The notes under the pieces are model-generated. The model had not been told where the DNA came from. It worked only from the letters and a program-made list of their open reading frames with translations, and made no database searches. From a virus (Duplodnaviria; Caudoviricetes), in the IMG/VR virus record IMGVR_UViG_3300038334_000158, positions 1-48,590 of that record: DNA of 48,590 nucleotides; one strand, written 5' to 3'. Shown one piece after another: positions 24,517 through 34,157 of the stretch. Both the position numbers and the translations under genes were made by a program. Position 1 is the stretch's first letter. Each line of letters begins with the position of its first letter.

Positions 24517-26036
24517 TAACCAACGAACATATATCAGGCTTTAAATTGTGGCAGGAAGATTGGAATAAATTTGCTGTTGATGTTCTTAAGGTGAATCTTG
24601 ACAAGGAGCAAAGGAAAATAATTGAATCTGTTCAAAACAATCCAAGAACCTCAGTTTGTTCGGGTACCGCCCGGGGAAAAGATTTTGTATCAGCTGTTGC
24701 TTGTATTTGCTTCCTATACCTCACCCCAAAGTTTAACATGGCCGGTGAATTAATTGAAAACACTAAAGTAGCCATGACAGCCCCCACCGACCGACAAGTC
24801 GGGAATATTATGTATCCTGAAATTACCAGGTTGTTTAAACGGGCTGGAACCTTACCGGGTAAGCTTGTTTCCTACGACATAAGAACAGAATATGAAGAGT
24901 GGTTCCTTACTGGCTTCAAAGCATCAAAAGATAACCTGGAAGCATGGACCGGCTTTCATGCCGTAAACACAATGTTTGCCATTACAGAAGCTTCCGGTAT
25001 CGATGAACAGATATTTGCCGGAATAGAGGGTAACCTCCAGGGTAACTCAAGGCTATTGCTTGCATTTAACCCAAATACAACCATAGGCTATGCAGCCCGA
25101 AGCCAAAAACAAAAACGGTTTTCAAAGTTTAGGCTTGATTCGCTTAGCTCACCCAATGTACTGGAAAAGAAAATCATCATCCCCGGCCAGGTAGATTATG
25201 AGTGGGTAAAAGATAAGGTTGAGCACTGGTGTACACCAATTACCGAAAACGAATCAAACAGTACCGAAGGTGATTTTGAATTTGACAAAAAATGGTATCG
25301 GCCAAACGATTTATTTCGTGTAAAGGTCCGCGGCTTATTTCCTAAAGTATCAGAAGATAGTCTAATCCCAATGGAATGGATTGAACGGGCAAACCAGAAC
25401 TGGCAAAAATGGCAGGAACAAGGCTGGACCGTAAAAGACCCGCTTAGGCTTGGTGTTGATGTTGCCGGTATGGGGCGCGACAATTCGGTTATTTGCCCCC
25501 GGAGAGGAAACTTCATATCAAGACTTGAGAGCTACAGTGGATCCGGTAAGGCCGAACACATGAAGGTTGCCGGAATAACAGTGAACCACTTAAAAAATAA
25601 CACCGGTGCTTATGCCCTGATTGATACAATAGGTGAAGGTGCTGGGGTATATTCCCGCTTACAGGAGCTGGGGTATGTTAATGCTCTTAGTTGTAAATTC
25701 TCAGAAAGTGGCGAAGGATTAAAAGATGTTAGTGATGTATACGATTTTGCCAACATGCGGGCTTACCTTTTTTGGGCGGTTCGTGATTGGTTAAACCCTG
25801 ATATTAATCCTAATGCTTGTTTGCCTCCTGATGAAGAGCTTTTGGAAGAGGCAACTGAAATAAAATGGAAGTTCCAGAGCAACGGGAAAATAATCATTGA
25901 ACCAAAAGAAGATATCAAAGCCCGGTTAAAGCGTTCAACTGATAAGTTTGATGCTTTAGCAAATACTTTTTACCCTCACCTGCATAATTCACCAGGTCAG
26001 GGAATGGATATAAACAATTTAGCAGGAATCATTTAA
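24513..26036 (+). CDS. terL: Terminase large subunit
   Basis: SGTARGKD Walker A, ITEASG Walker B variant, nuclease LGVDVAGMGRD and RSTDKFDALA. Confidence 0.92.
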   Translation: MITNEHISGFKLWQEDWNKFAVDVLKVNLDKEQRKIIESVQNNPRTSVCSGTARGKDFVSAVACICFLYLTPKFNMAGELIENTKVAMTAPTDRQVGNIMYPEITRLFKRAGTLPGKLVSYDIRTEYEEWFLTGFKASKDNLEAWTGFHAVNTMFAITEASGIDEQIFAGIEGNLQGNSRLLLAFNPNTTIGYAARSQKQKRFSKFRLDSLSSPNVLEKKIIIPGQVDYEWVKDKVEHWCTPITENESNSTEGDFEFDKKWYRPNDLFRVKVRGLFPKVSEDSLIPMEWIERANQNWQKWQEQGWTVKDPLRLGVDVAGMGRDNSVICPRRGNFISRLESYSGSGKAEHMKVAGITVNHLKNNTGAYALIDTIGEGAGVYSRLQELGYVNALSCKFSESGEGLKDVSDVYDFANMRAYLFWAVRDWLNPDINPNACLPPDEELLEEATEIKWKFQSNGKIIIEPKEDIKARLKRSTDKFDALANTFYPHLHNSPGQGMDINNLAGII

Positions 26037-26046
26037 TTATACAATC

Positions 26047-27489
26047 ATGACCATCGAAGAAATATTAAAACTAGAATTTGCTGAGGCTAAAAAACAACTT
26101 ACAAGCAGAACGGCCAGAACTGTTGAATATTCTGATTGTATAGCTCAGTACATGGTAGGTAAACATTCTGTATTTGACGAAGCATCAAGGCCTAAAAAGG
26201 AAATTCAAAAACCTACCGGCAAAAAAGACAGCCAGGGTAATGTTATCAATGAAACATCGTATGAAGAGGTAAACCGTATTGGCATACCAAATCAAAAGCT
26301 CATTGTAAAGCGTAGGGTTGGGTTCCTGCTTGGTAATCCTATTAAGCTTGACATGACATCAGGTGATGAAGAGAACCAGCAACATGAGATGGTATTTTCT
26401 ACTGTTAAAAAGATATGGACCGATAACAAGCTCAATTATCGCAACAAGGAACTGGCCCGGCTTATGTTTTCAGAGTGTGAGGTTGCAGAATTATGGTACC
26501 CCGTAGAGGTTGAGCAAAGTTTCTGGAAAAAGATTTGGAAAGTTATTACCGGTGCTAAAGGAAAATACACCTACAAAATGAGAATCATTGCCCAAAGCAA
26601 AGGGGATACTCTTTTCCCGCTTTTAGACAACACGGGTGATTTGATTGCTTTTAGCCGGGAATATACCTTAGATAACAACGGCAAAAAAGAAATCTATTTT
26701 GAGACTTATACCAAAAACATTATCATGAAGTGGGTTACTATCGATGGTAATACAGTACCGGTTGAAAAATACCCTTCCGCAAACCCGCTTGGTAAAATCC
26801 CTGTTATATTTTATCAGCAAGAGTATCCTGAATGGTACGATGTTCAAAGCGAAATTGATCGCTTAGAAACCCTACTCTCAAACTTCGGAGACACAAACGA
26901 TTACTTTGGCTCACCCATGATGGTAGCAAAAGGCAAAGTTTTGGGATTCGCAAGCAAAGGTGAGCGTGGAAAAGCTTTCCAGTTAGAGGAAGGTGGTAGT
27001 TTAGATATGCTTAGTTGGGATAGTGCTCCGGAAGCTGTTGCTCTTGAGATTAAAACCTTAAAGAATGAGATTCTATCCAACACCCAAACACCTGATATTT
27101 CTTTTGATAACCTTAAGAGCATCGGTAATGTATCGGGAATAGCTCTTAAACTCATGTTTATCGATGCACACATGGCCGTAAGTGATAAAGAAGAGGTGTT
27201 TGGAATAAACATACAACGCAGGCTGAATTTACTCAGGGCCATGGTTGGAAATGTTATTGACGTTTCGCTTAAGCAAGCCTGTGATGAGATTGATATTTCA
27301 CCTGTATTCACGCCCTACTTACCTAAGAACGTACAGGAAGAGTCTACAACGGTTAATGATTCATACGCTAGTGGCACAATCTCACGTGAAACAGCGGTAC
27401 ACAAACACCCGCTTGTATCTAACCCAGTTAAAGAATTGGAACAGATAAAACTTGAACAATCTGAATCAATCGCACAACCTTATGAATAA
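26047..27489 (+). CDS. Portal protein, SPP1 gp6-like
   Basis: GFLLGNPIK, NPLGKIPVIFY, SGIALKLMF, PYLPKN. Confidence 0.92.
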   Translation: MTIEEILKLEFAEAKKQLTSRTARTVEYSDCIAQYMVGKHSVFDEASRPKKEIQKPTGKKDSQGNVINETSYEEVNRIGIPNQKLIVKRRVGFLLGNPIKLDMTSGDEENQQHEMVFSTVKKIWTDNKLNYRNKELARLMFSECEVAELWYPVEVEQSFWKKIWKVITGAKGKYTYKMRIIAQSKGDTLFPLLDNTGDLIAFSREYTLDNNGKKEIYFETYTKNIIMKWVTIDGNTVPVEKYPSANPLGKIPVIFYQQEYPEWYDVQSEIDRLETLLSNFGDTNDYFGSPMMVAKGKVLGFASKGERGKAFQLEEGGSLDMLSWDSAPEAVALEIKTLKNEILSNTQTPDISFDNLKSIGNVSGIALKLMFIDAHMAVSDKEEVFGINIQRRLNLLRAMVGNVIDVSLKQACDEIDISPVFTPYLPKNVQEESTTVNDSYASGTISRETAVHKHPLVSNPVKELEQIKLEQSESIAQPYE

Positions 27490-27670
27490 TCCAAAATACA
27501 ATATTGGTGATTGGGTATATCACATTACTCCGGATAGTCCGAAAGGGTATATTCTTGATATCACCTATCACTTTTTAGGCAACCACTTTGAATACTTGGT
27601 TTCTTTTGCTCCTGAATCAGCAAGCATGTGGTATTATGAACATGAATTACAAAAATCAAAAACCTTTTAG
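27482..27670 (+). CDS. Small SH3/KOW-like protein
   Basis: PKYNIGDWVYH pattern. Confidence 0.6.
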   Translation: MNNPKYNIGDWVYHITPDSPKGYILDITYHFLGNHFEYLVSFAPESASMWYYEHELQKSKTF

Positions 27671-27672
27671 TT

Positions 27673-27936
27673 ATGACAGAAAAAAAACAAGCAGAAACAA
27701 CTGCTACAGAGATTACCGTTAAAATTGGTGATAAAATGTTTTACCACCACAACAGCGGTGATGCCATTGCATCAAGCAACAATGCAACTCAGTGTGTTGC
27801 TTTTGTTACCGGAATTAATAAGAAAAGCGTGAACGTTCAGGTTTTGCCAGACTCCCCCAAAGGACCTCTTTACCGAACAGACGTTCCTATTGGTGAACAG
27901 CCAAAAGGAAAAGCTTATTTACTTCCTAATTACTAA
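27673..27936 (+). CDS. Small SH3-like protein
   Basis: VKIGDKMFYH...AFVTGI...VNVQV pattern. Confidence 0.65.
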   Translation: MTEKKQAETTATEITVKIGDKMFYHHNSGDAIASSNNATQCVAFVTGINKKSVNVQVLPDSPKGPLYRTDVPIGEQPKGKAYLLPNY

Positions 27937-27941
27937 TCATT

Positions 27942-27966
27942 AAAGGCCGCTCAGGCGGCTTTTTTT
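27942..27966 (+). terminator. Intrinsic terminator immediately before muF
   Basis: AAAGGCCGC-tcag-GCGGCTTTTTTT. Confidence 0.7.
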
Positions 27967-27970
27967 ATCT

Positions 27971-29815
27971 ATGCCATACGACAAACAACATATAGCAAAT
28001 ATTAATCAGTATGCAAGGCAGCTTGATGTTGCTTTTGAATCGGTTACCAGGCAAATATCACAGATTATTAAGAACCCGAATTTGTCAAAGTTCAGCGGTG
28101 CAAACTTTTCGTTTGATAATCATAAGTACCTATCAAAAGAGGCCAAAGTAATATTCCAGCAAATAAATGATGATATCGAGCAAATCATCAGGCTTGGCAT
28201 TGCCAAAGAATGGGATCTGGCTAACGTTAAAAACGATGTTTTAGTAAACAATTTTCTTTCGAATAAGCTGATTAAAAAACTACCCCAGGTTAACCAGCGA
28301 AACGTAAAAGCATTAGAGGCGTTTACTAACCGTGAGGTAAACGGTAAGTTTGGGCTTTCAGAAAGGGTTTGGAACCTTACCAATAACTTTAAAAACGAAA
28401 TTGAGATTCACATTGGCCTGGGATTAACCGCGGGTGAATCAGCTGATGTTATGTCGCGTAGGGTTCGCCAATACCTTAATAACCCAAAAGCTTTATTTAG
28501 GAGGGTGAGAAATGAGGAAGGCAACCTGGTATTGTCAAGCAATGCAAGAGACTACCATCCGGGCCAGGGGAAATACCGGAGCGCGTATAAAAATGCCCGT
28601 AGAATGACAGTTACTGAAACAAACATGGCTTACCGACTGGCCGATCATGAGCGTTGGCAAAAAATGGAATTCATTGTTGGGTATAAGGTTCAGTTATCAG
28701 GTTCCCATAAGGTTGTTGACATTTGCGACCCTATGGCAGGTGACTACCCTAAAGAGTTTATTTTTTCAGGCTGGCACCCGCATTGCCTTTGTAAGGCTAC
28801 TCCAATAATGTTATCCGATAAAGAATTTTCATCGTACCAGGATTCTGTTTTAGCTGGTGATGAATTTGACTCAACCAAGAGCCAAAACTATGTTAGCGAC
28901 ATGCACTCTGGTTATAAAAACTGGATAAAAGACAACCAGGAGGTTGTAAAGGGTTGGAAAAGCAAACCCTTCTTTGTTCAGGACAACTACAAAAATGCAA
29001 ATATTGCCAATGGCTTGAAGTTTAATACTACCCCATTAAAGATTGATCCTTCAGCTGTAAATATTAACAGTTCTAATTTTCTGAAAGAGTTAGCACCCGA
29101 TAAGCTGTTAACCGATTACCATATTCGTAAGTTAATGAACTATTATTCGGTTGACTTTCCCGATGATTTTAACGGTGGATTGAACACATTCAGCATTACA
29201 TCCCGTAGAGATGGTTTTATGCTTAATTCAAGAAATTACCGAAATAATAAATATGCAAAGGAGCTTGGGAACTCAATTTATGTATCGAACAATGAATTTA
29301 CCTTACAAGATGGAACAAAATTTAACCCGGCCTTTGAACTTAAGAATGCACTGCAGGCTATTAGGCAAAAATCAACGCTCACCTTTAATCAGGAATATGC
29401 TCTTGAAAGCTTATGGCATGAGATACGACACGCTGGAGCTGTTGGATGGGATAATGTAAGGTTAAAAACAAAATCAAAAACCTATGCTATGGAAGTTGTT
29501 AACCAGTTTTGCGCAAGGCATTCATACGATGAATTTATAGAGCGCTTGGGCGGTAAAGCATTTCACAAAAGCTCAATTAAACTGGATGGGTATGGATATA
29601 AGCACTTGGTAAGCAACTTTTATTCAATTCTTGAGAAATACAAAATAGATTCACAATTGACTTATGACTATTTTAAAAATGTGATTCAAACAAAACCGTA
29701 TGAAAGCATTCAAGACTTACTTATAGGATATTTAGAATCAAAAGGTGTTAAGAAAGCGGAATTGTTAGTAAAAAATTTACAGTATAAAGATTTTAACCTT
29801 CTCATGGATGAGTAA
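27971..29815 (+). CDS. Head morphogenesis protein (MuF / SPP1 gp7-like) with C-terminal HEXXH metallopeptidase-like domain
   Basis: LSERVW, ARRMTVTETNMAY, DICD..AG.YP and GWHPHCLC in the N-half; ESLWHEIRHAG...AMEVVNQ in the C-half. Confidence 0.85.
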   Translation: MPYDKQHIANINQYARQLDVAFESVTRQISQIIKNPNLSKFSGANFSFDNHKYLSKEAKVIFQQINDDIEQIIRLGIAKEWDLANVKNDVLVNNFLSNKLIKKLPQVNQRNVKALEAFTNREVNGKFGLSERVWNLTNNFKNEIEIHIGLGLTAGESADVMSRRVRQYLNNPKALFRRVRNEEGNLVLSSNARDYHPGQGKYRSAYKNARRMTVTETNMAYRLADHERWQKMEFIVGYKVQLSGSHKVVDICDPMAGDYPKEFIFSGWHPHCLCKATPIMLSDKEFSSYQDSVLAGDEFDSTKSQNYVSDMHSGYKNWIKDNQEVVKGWKSKPFFVQDNYKNANIANGLKFNTTPLKIDPSAVNINSSNFLKELAPDKLLTDYHIRKLMNYYSVDFPDDFNGGLNTFSITSRRDGFMLNSRNYRNNKYAKELGNSIYVSNNEFTLQDGTKFNPAFELKNALQAIRQKSTLTFNQEYALESLWHEIRHAGAVGWDNVRLKTKSKTYAMEVVNQFCARHSYDEFIERLGGKAFHKSSIKLDGYGYKHLVSNFYSILEKYKIDSQLTYDYFKNVIQTKPYESIQDLLIGYLESKGVKKAELLVKNLQYKDFNLLMDE

Positions 29816-30017
29816 GGGTTCTGTATAAATCAACTTTAACCTGGGCTGGTAGCTTATCAGCATAAAACTCAGCTTTGACTTTATTACCTCTAATGTAAAA
29901 TAATGAAGCCAGCATATAGTTTTGGTCCTGTTCCGAAAATCTTTTGTTTGTTTCAGAAATTCCAAGCTCTTCCATTTCGCTTTTAGTAATCTTATAATCC
30001 CAGACTGTTTCCATCAT
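29802..30017 (-). CDS. Small helical hypothetical protein (candidate immunity protein)
   Basis: 71 aa; convergent 14-nt overlap with the muF 3' end. Confidence 0.65.
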   Translation of the reverse strand: MMETVWDYKITKSEMEELGISETNKRFSEQDQNYMLASLFYIRGNKVKAEFYADKLPAQVKVDLYRTLTHP

Positions 30018-30265
30018 AACAATTTTATTATTAATTTAATAGTAGATGCATTTTCAATTCCAAATTTATCAATCAATTCAGCATTTGTCATATTTCTGCA
30101 ATCTAATGCTTTCAAATTAAAGTATAACCCGGCTACTGTTGTGATATTATTTTTGGTAATTTCACTAACTTTTAAAAGAAGCTTGTTTAGTTTTTCACCC
30201 GCATTATTAGATGAAATTCCAAGCTTATTCAAAGTCATCTCAAATTCTTTATTTGCGGATTCCAT
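30014..30265 (-). CDS. Small hypothetical protein
   Basis: ATGA overlap with the downstream gene; AT-rich. Confidence 0.65.
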   Translation of the reverse strand: MESANKEFEMTLNKLGISSNNAGEKLNKLLLKVSEITKNNITTVAGLYFNLKALDCRNMTNAELIDKFGIENASTIKLIIKLL

Positions 30266-30274
30266 GATATTTAT

Positions 30275-30523
30275 TTAGTTTATAAAATAGAAATTAGTAG
30301 CATACGCAAATCCGGCTTCAAATTCATCAACAGAACAATTGTCTAATATTTCATTTGCAAGTTTGTTTTGCTCATCTATGCTTAAACGATTGAAATTCTC
30401 TTTATTAAAAGCCAGATTACAATCCAATGGTTCATAAGTACAATCATCATCGGATATGTAGATACCTTTTATTCCAATTGGTTTTTTCATAACACACACA
30501 GTTATCATATTCCATCTTTTCAC
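30275..30523 (-). CDS. Small hypothetical protein
   Basis: First gene of the antisense cassette; start uncertain. Confidence 0.55.
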   Translation of the reverse strand: MKRWNMITVCVMKKPIGIKGIYISDDDCTYEPLDCNLAFNKENFNRLSIDEQNKLANEILDNCSVDEFEAGFAYATNFYFIN

Positions 30524-30578
30524 TATATAATATTTTGAAAAAGTTGTATATAATTTTCGAGAGATATTGTAATTCCAC

Positions 30579-30610
30579 GCAAGTTCAAAAATGTGGCATT
30601 TAAAACCAAA
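30579..30610 (-). promoter_or_regulatory. Putative promoter of the antisense cassette (shared motif, copy 1)
   Basis: Minus strand TTTG-gttttaaa-TGCCACATTTTTGAACTTGC; 19/20 identical to 47591-47610. Confidence 0.55.
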
Positions 30611-30666
30611 TTAATTATCAAATTAATGACCTTTCAAAAATGGTCATTATACATTAGGCCAAACAC

Positions 30667-30697
30667 TTTATTTGAAAAACCACTAAAGATACATTGC
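30667..30697 (+). promoter_or_regulatory. Putative promoter of the head/tail operon
   Basis: TTTA/TTTG ... TACATTGC near-consensus -7 element; inverted repeat TAATGACC-N10-GGTCATTA just upstream (30624-30649). Confidence 0.4.
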
Positions 30698-30731
30698 AGC
30701 TGACTTAGTTTATAACTAAAAACAATGCGCA

Positions 30732-31379
30732 ATGTATGAAAAAATTTTAGCACACCTGAAAACCAAACTTCCTGGGGTTCAGAGTAAATTCATTGAAGGG
30801 GTTGCCAACACTTACAGCAAAACCATTACCGACGAAAGCCAGATTGAAACAACGTTATCCGACGGGGTTATTGAAGGCTTGAAATTCACCGCTTCTTTTG
30901 CACAAACAGAGGGCGACCGTAGAGCTACCGAAGCTACAAACACAGCAGTAAAAAACTTCCGTGATAAGTACAAACTTGATGAAAACGGGAAACCAATTTC
31001 AGGAGGTGGTAAAGAACCGGAACCAAACGACATTCAAGCCATTGTGGCCAATGCCGTTAAAGCTGCTGTTGAACCTTTGCAATCCAAATTGGAAGGTTTC
31101 GAAAAAAAGGAATCATCTCAACAGCTTTATTCTAAACTTGAGGCTAAAGCAAAAGACAAGAAGATTCCAATTCAATTCATTAAAGGTAGAACTCTTGAAA
31201 AAGAAGAGGACCTGGAATCGGTGCTTGCCGAGGCCGAAAATGACTATAACGCTGTTAAGCAAGACATGATTAACGGTGGGGTAGTTACCGAAATTCCGGG
31301 AGGTGGTTCACCGGACTCTAACTCAGTTGATGCTGCAATTGAAAACTGGGCTAAAGAAAATGAACCTGTAAAAAAATAA
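30732..31379 (+). CDS. Capsid scaffolding protein
   Basis: Helical, charged 215-aa protein before the decoration and capsid genes. Confidence 0.75.
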   Translation: MYEKILAHLKTKLPGVQSKFIEGVANTYSKTITDESQIETTLSDGVIEGLKFTASFAQTEGDRRATEATNTAVKNFRDKYKLDENGKPISGGGKEPEPNDIQAIVANAVKAAVEPLQSKLEGFEKKESSQQLYSKLEAKAKDKKIPIQFIKGRTLEKEEDLESVLAEAENDYNAVKQDMINGGVVTEIPGGGSPDSNSVDAAIENWAKENEPVKK

Positions 31380-31387
31380 TTACTTAA

Positions 31388-31972
31388 ATGGGACTATTAA
31401 TTACAAAAAAAACAGTTAGCGGTGGAGCACCCATTTTTCCAACAGTTATTGAAGTTGCCCAGGGTGGCTTTAAGTTGGATAATAGTGTTCTGACAGCCGG
31501 TGTGGAGGTTCCCGCTGGTTCCGTGATGGGTTTTAATGAAGAAACCCGTGTTGCAAATGTCCTGAAAGTTGCTGAAGTGTATGAGAATGCCGACAATGTT
31601 GCTACAGTTTATAAAATAAAGAAAGGACACCTTTTTGTAGGTGGTGAGAAGATTGCTGTTGCCGTTGGTGGAAAATCATACGCTGCTACTTTGGACACGT
31701 CGAATGCCGATTACGACACCTTTACCGTTGGTACTACTCTTGGAGTGGCTATCACCGCTGGTGAAGTGTTGTTTGAAAGCCCCGCTGTTGGGGCTACTGC
31801 TGGTGCTCTTATGTACACTCCGAAAGGACTGTTGTACGAATCTGTAACCGCTGGTGATAACGAATCATGCTCAGTACTGTTACGCGGTACCGTGTTTGAA
31901 AAACGTATCCCGCTGGTTCCAACTGCTGTTAAGTCGGCTGTACCAAATATTATTTTTTCTCAATCTTATTAA
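31388..31972 (+). CDS. Head decoration protein
   Basis: Position before the capsid gene; G/A/V/T-rich; PAGSVMG...PKGLLY...LLRGTV pattern. Confidence 0.7.
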   Translation: MGLLITKKTVSGGAPIFPTVIEVAQGGFKLDNSVLTAGVEVPAGSVMGFNEETRVANVLKVAEVYENADNVATVYKIKKGHLFVGGEKIAVAVGGKSYAATLDTSNADYDTFTVGTTLGVAITAGEVLFESPAVGATAGALMYTPKGLLYESVTAGDNESCSVLLRGTVFEKRIPLVPTAVKSAVPNIIFSQSY

Positions 31973-31984
31973 TAGGAGGTTATC

Positions 31985-33079
31985 ATGGCTGACAAAATTA
32001 AATCAGTATTTGGAGCTTACAGTGAGAAGCTACAAGTAGTAGTAGATAAATCAAAGGAAAAGTTTGCACCAACCTGGTTTGGCAAATACTTTGATTGGGG
32101 TGTGACAACTATCGGATTAACCTACCAGACCGCTGTAGGCCGTAGCCGAATTGAAGCAGCTGCATCGGTTGTTGACCGCGAAAGTGGAGCACCCTTGCGT
32201 TCACGCGCTGAACTTGAGAAATATTCAGGCGAAGTGCCAGCTATTAAGCAACTCTTCAAAATGAAGGAAAGTGATTATCGCAATTATTTGACCATCCAGA
32301 ACATGGCAAATGTTTCGGATGCAATGAAACAAAAGCAAATCCTTGACCTGATGTGGGGAGACGTGAAAAAAGCCGGTGAGGCACCGCTTAAGCGAATTGA
32401 CATGATGGTACTGCAAGCTTTATCAACGGGTAAAGTAACTATTAATGCCACTACCAACCCTGATGGTGTTGTGTATGATGACATTGATTTGCTAATGCCT
32501 GCTGCCAACAAGCTTACGGTTACTGAAAAATGGTCTATCGTAGCATCAAGTAAACCTATTACCGACATTAAACTTGCTGTGAAAGCAGCAAAACAAAGGG
32601 GTATTGTGTTTGAAAAAATGCTCATGACCTTTGACGGATGGTGGAAGTTTCAGGCATCTGCTGAGGTAACCGCACAATTAGCCGGTTACTTTAGAATGGG
32701 TGATAACCAAAAGCGGGTAGGTACCTTGGATGAAGTGAACCAAATGCTTTTGGCCAACAAATTCCCATACATTGAACTTGTGAATGAGAGTATTGGTATT
32801 GAAAAAAGTGGTGTAATAACCGCTGTTGATCCTTGGAACAGTACTTCGGTAACCTTTGTGCCTTCGGGTAAATTAGGTATCATTCACAATGCCTATGCTA
32901 TTGAGCAATTGAAACCTGTTCAGCAGGTACAGTATGCAACCAACAATCACGTGTTGATTAGTAAATGGTCTCAAAATAATCCTTGGGCCGAATTTACAGG
33001 TTGTGAACTGAACGCATTCCCCGGACTGGAAACAATTGATTCAATATTCATTATGGATATTGAAACCAAAACTGCGTAG
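31985..33079 (+). CDS. Major capsid protein (lambda gpE-like family)
   Basis: 364 aa; AASVV...PLRSR, MVLQALSTGKV, KW...SKPITDI motifs. Confidence 0.88.
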   Translation: MADKIKSVFGAYSEKLQVVVDKSKEKFAPTWFGKYFDWGVTTIGLTYQTAVGRSRIEAAASVVDRESGAPLRSRAELEKYSGEVPAIKQLFKMKESDYRNYLTIQNMANVSDAMKQKQILDLMWGDVKKAGEAPLKRIDMMVLQALSTGKVTINATTNPDGVVYDDIDLLMPAANKLTVTEKWSIVASSKPITDIKLAVKAAKQRGIVFEKMLMTFDGWWKFQASAEVTAQLAGYFRMGDNQKRVGTLDEVNQMLLANKFPYIELVNESIGIEKSGVITAVDPWNSTSVTFVPSGKLGIIHNAYAIEQLKPVQQVQYATNNHVLISKWSQNNPWAEFTGCELNAFPGLETIDSIFIMDIETKTA

Positions 33080-33082
33080 GCT

Positions 33083-33394
33083 ATGACCTTTTTAGAAGCA
33101 TTAAAAAATTCAGTTGGCTATCCTGTTAGAGATAGCCAACTGGAATTGGTGCTCATTAACAATGGTGTTAATAGTACTGATGAATACAGTGCCTCAAAAT
33201 TTGCAACACTGGAGATGTGTACCGCTGATGCTCTAAAACTGGTTATAACAATGCCCAATGTTACTGAAGGGGATTTATCGATATCACTAGCCGATAAAAA
33301 AACAATCAAAGATTTGGTTATCAGTACTTACAATAAATACGGAAAAGCCAATCCTTTTGGAACTAGTTCAGTTAGAGGTATAAGTCCATGGTAA
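33083..33394 (+). CDS. Head-tail adaptor
   Basis: Position; PNVTEGDLSIS motif. Confidence 0.7.
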   Translation: MTFLEALKNSVGYPVRDSQLELVLINNGVNSTDEYSASKFATLEMCTADALKLVITMPNVTEGDLSISLADKKTIKDLVISTYNKYGKANPFGTSSVRGISPW

Positions 33395-33714
33395 ACTTTA
33401 GACCACATACTATTTCAATAACATGGGATGGGAAACCATACCAGGATGCGGACAACAATTGGCAAACACCGGAAGGTGGAAGCTTTGAAGGTGATTGTAG
33501 GCTGGTTCCATCGGGTAATGGTTCCGGGGTAGTTAAAACTTTTACATCGGCTGATGGAAAAAAGGTTGAAGCAACATACAAAGTTTATTTGGATGTAATG
33601 TCAACCGAAATTCCTAAAGGTGCAAAAGCAGTGGTAACTATTCCGGGTAAAACTATCGATTCTGAAGTGTTAGAGCATTTTAACTATCAATCATACTCTA
33701 TATTGTGGCTATAA
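33388..33714 (+). CDS. Head closure / head-tail joining protein
   Basis: Position and beta-rich 108 aa. Confidence 0.65.
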   Translation: MVNFRPHTISITWDGKPYQDADNNWQTPEGGSFEGDCRLVPSGNGSGVVKTFTSADGKKVEATYKVYLDVMSTEIPKGAKAVVTIPGKTIDSEVLEHFNYQSYSILWL

Positions 33715-34157
33715 AAGCAAAAATAACTTTCGATAAATCTGACAATTTAAGAAGAATTGAACAGGCTATTATTGCAACATTGGCCCGTAGAGGTGAACAG
33801 TTTGTTACTGATGCCCGAAATAACAATTCGTTTGATGGTGCTTTTGAAAAAGGTGATTATACTGACAGAACAGCTAATCTCCGTAATTCTATTGGATACT
33901 TTATTCTTAAAGACAATGATGTAATTCACAGTAGTTTCCCGGGTGGACAAACCCAGGAAGCAAAAGCTGCTTTAAATGAAGTACCAAAAAGACCCGGATA
34001 CCGGTTAATTGGAATGGCCGGTATGAATTACGCTGCTTATGTAGAAAGTAGAGGCTACAATGTAATTACAAGCCAAAGCTATGAGATTGTTGAGCTTTTA
34101 GCCAAAGACCTTAAAGAGCTAGCCAAAAAAACAGGTAAAAAAATGAGTTTGCAATGA
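33705..34157 (+). CDS. Neck protein, HK97 gp10-like
   Basis: YTDRTANLRNSIG and AGMNYAAYVE motifs. Confidence 0.8.
   Translation: MAIKAKITFDKSDNLRRIEQAIIATLARRGEQFVTDARNNNSFDGAFEKGDYTDRTANLRNSIGYFILKDNDVIHSSFPGGQTQEAKAALNEVPKRPGYRLIGMAGMNYAAYVESRGYNVITSQSYEIVELLAKDLKELAKKTGKKMSLQ

Noticed and set aside
24513-26036. Inactive terminase because Walker B reads TEA rather than DEA
   Set aside because: The catalytic Glu and all other motifs are intact and the ORF is uninterrupted; more likely a lineage variant.
29922-30278. Plus-strand ORF as the co-oriented MuF immunity gene
   Set aside because: Non-ATG start and Phe/Ile/Ser-rich shadow composition; overlaps better-supported coupled minus-strand genes.
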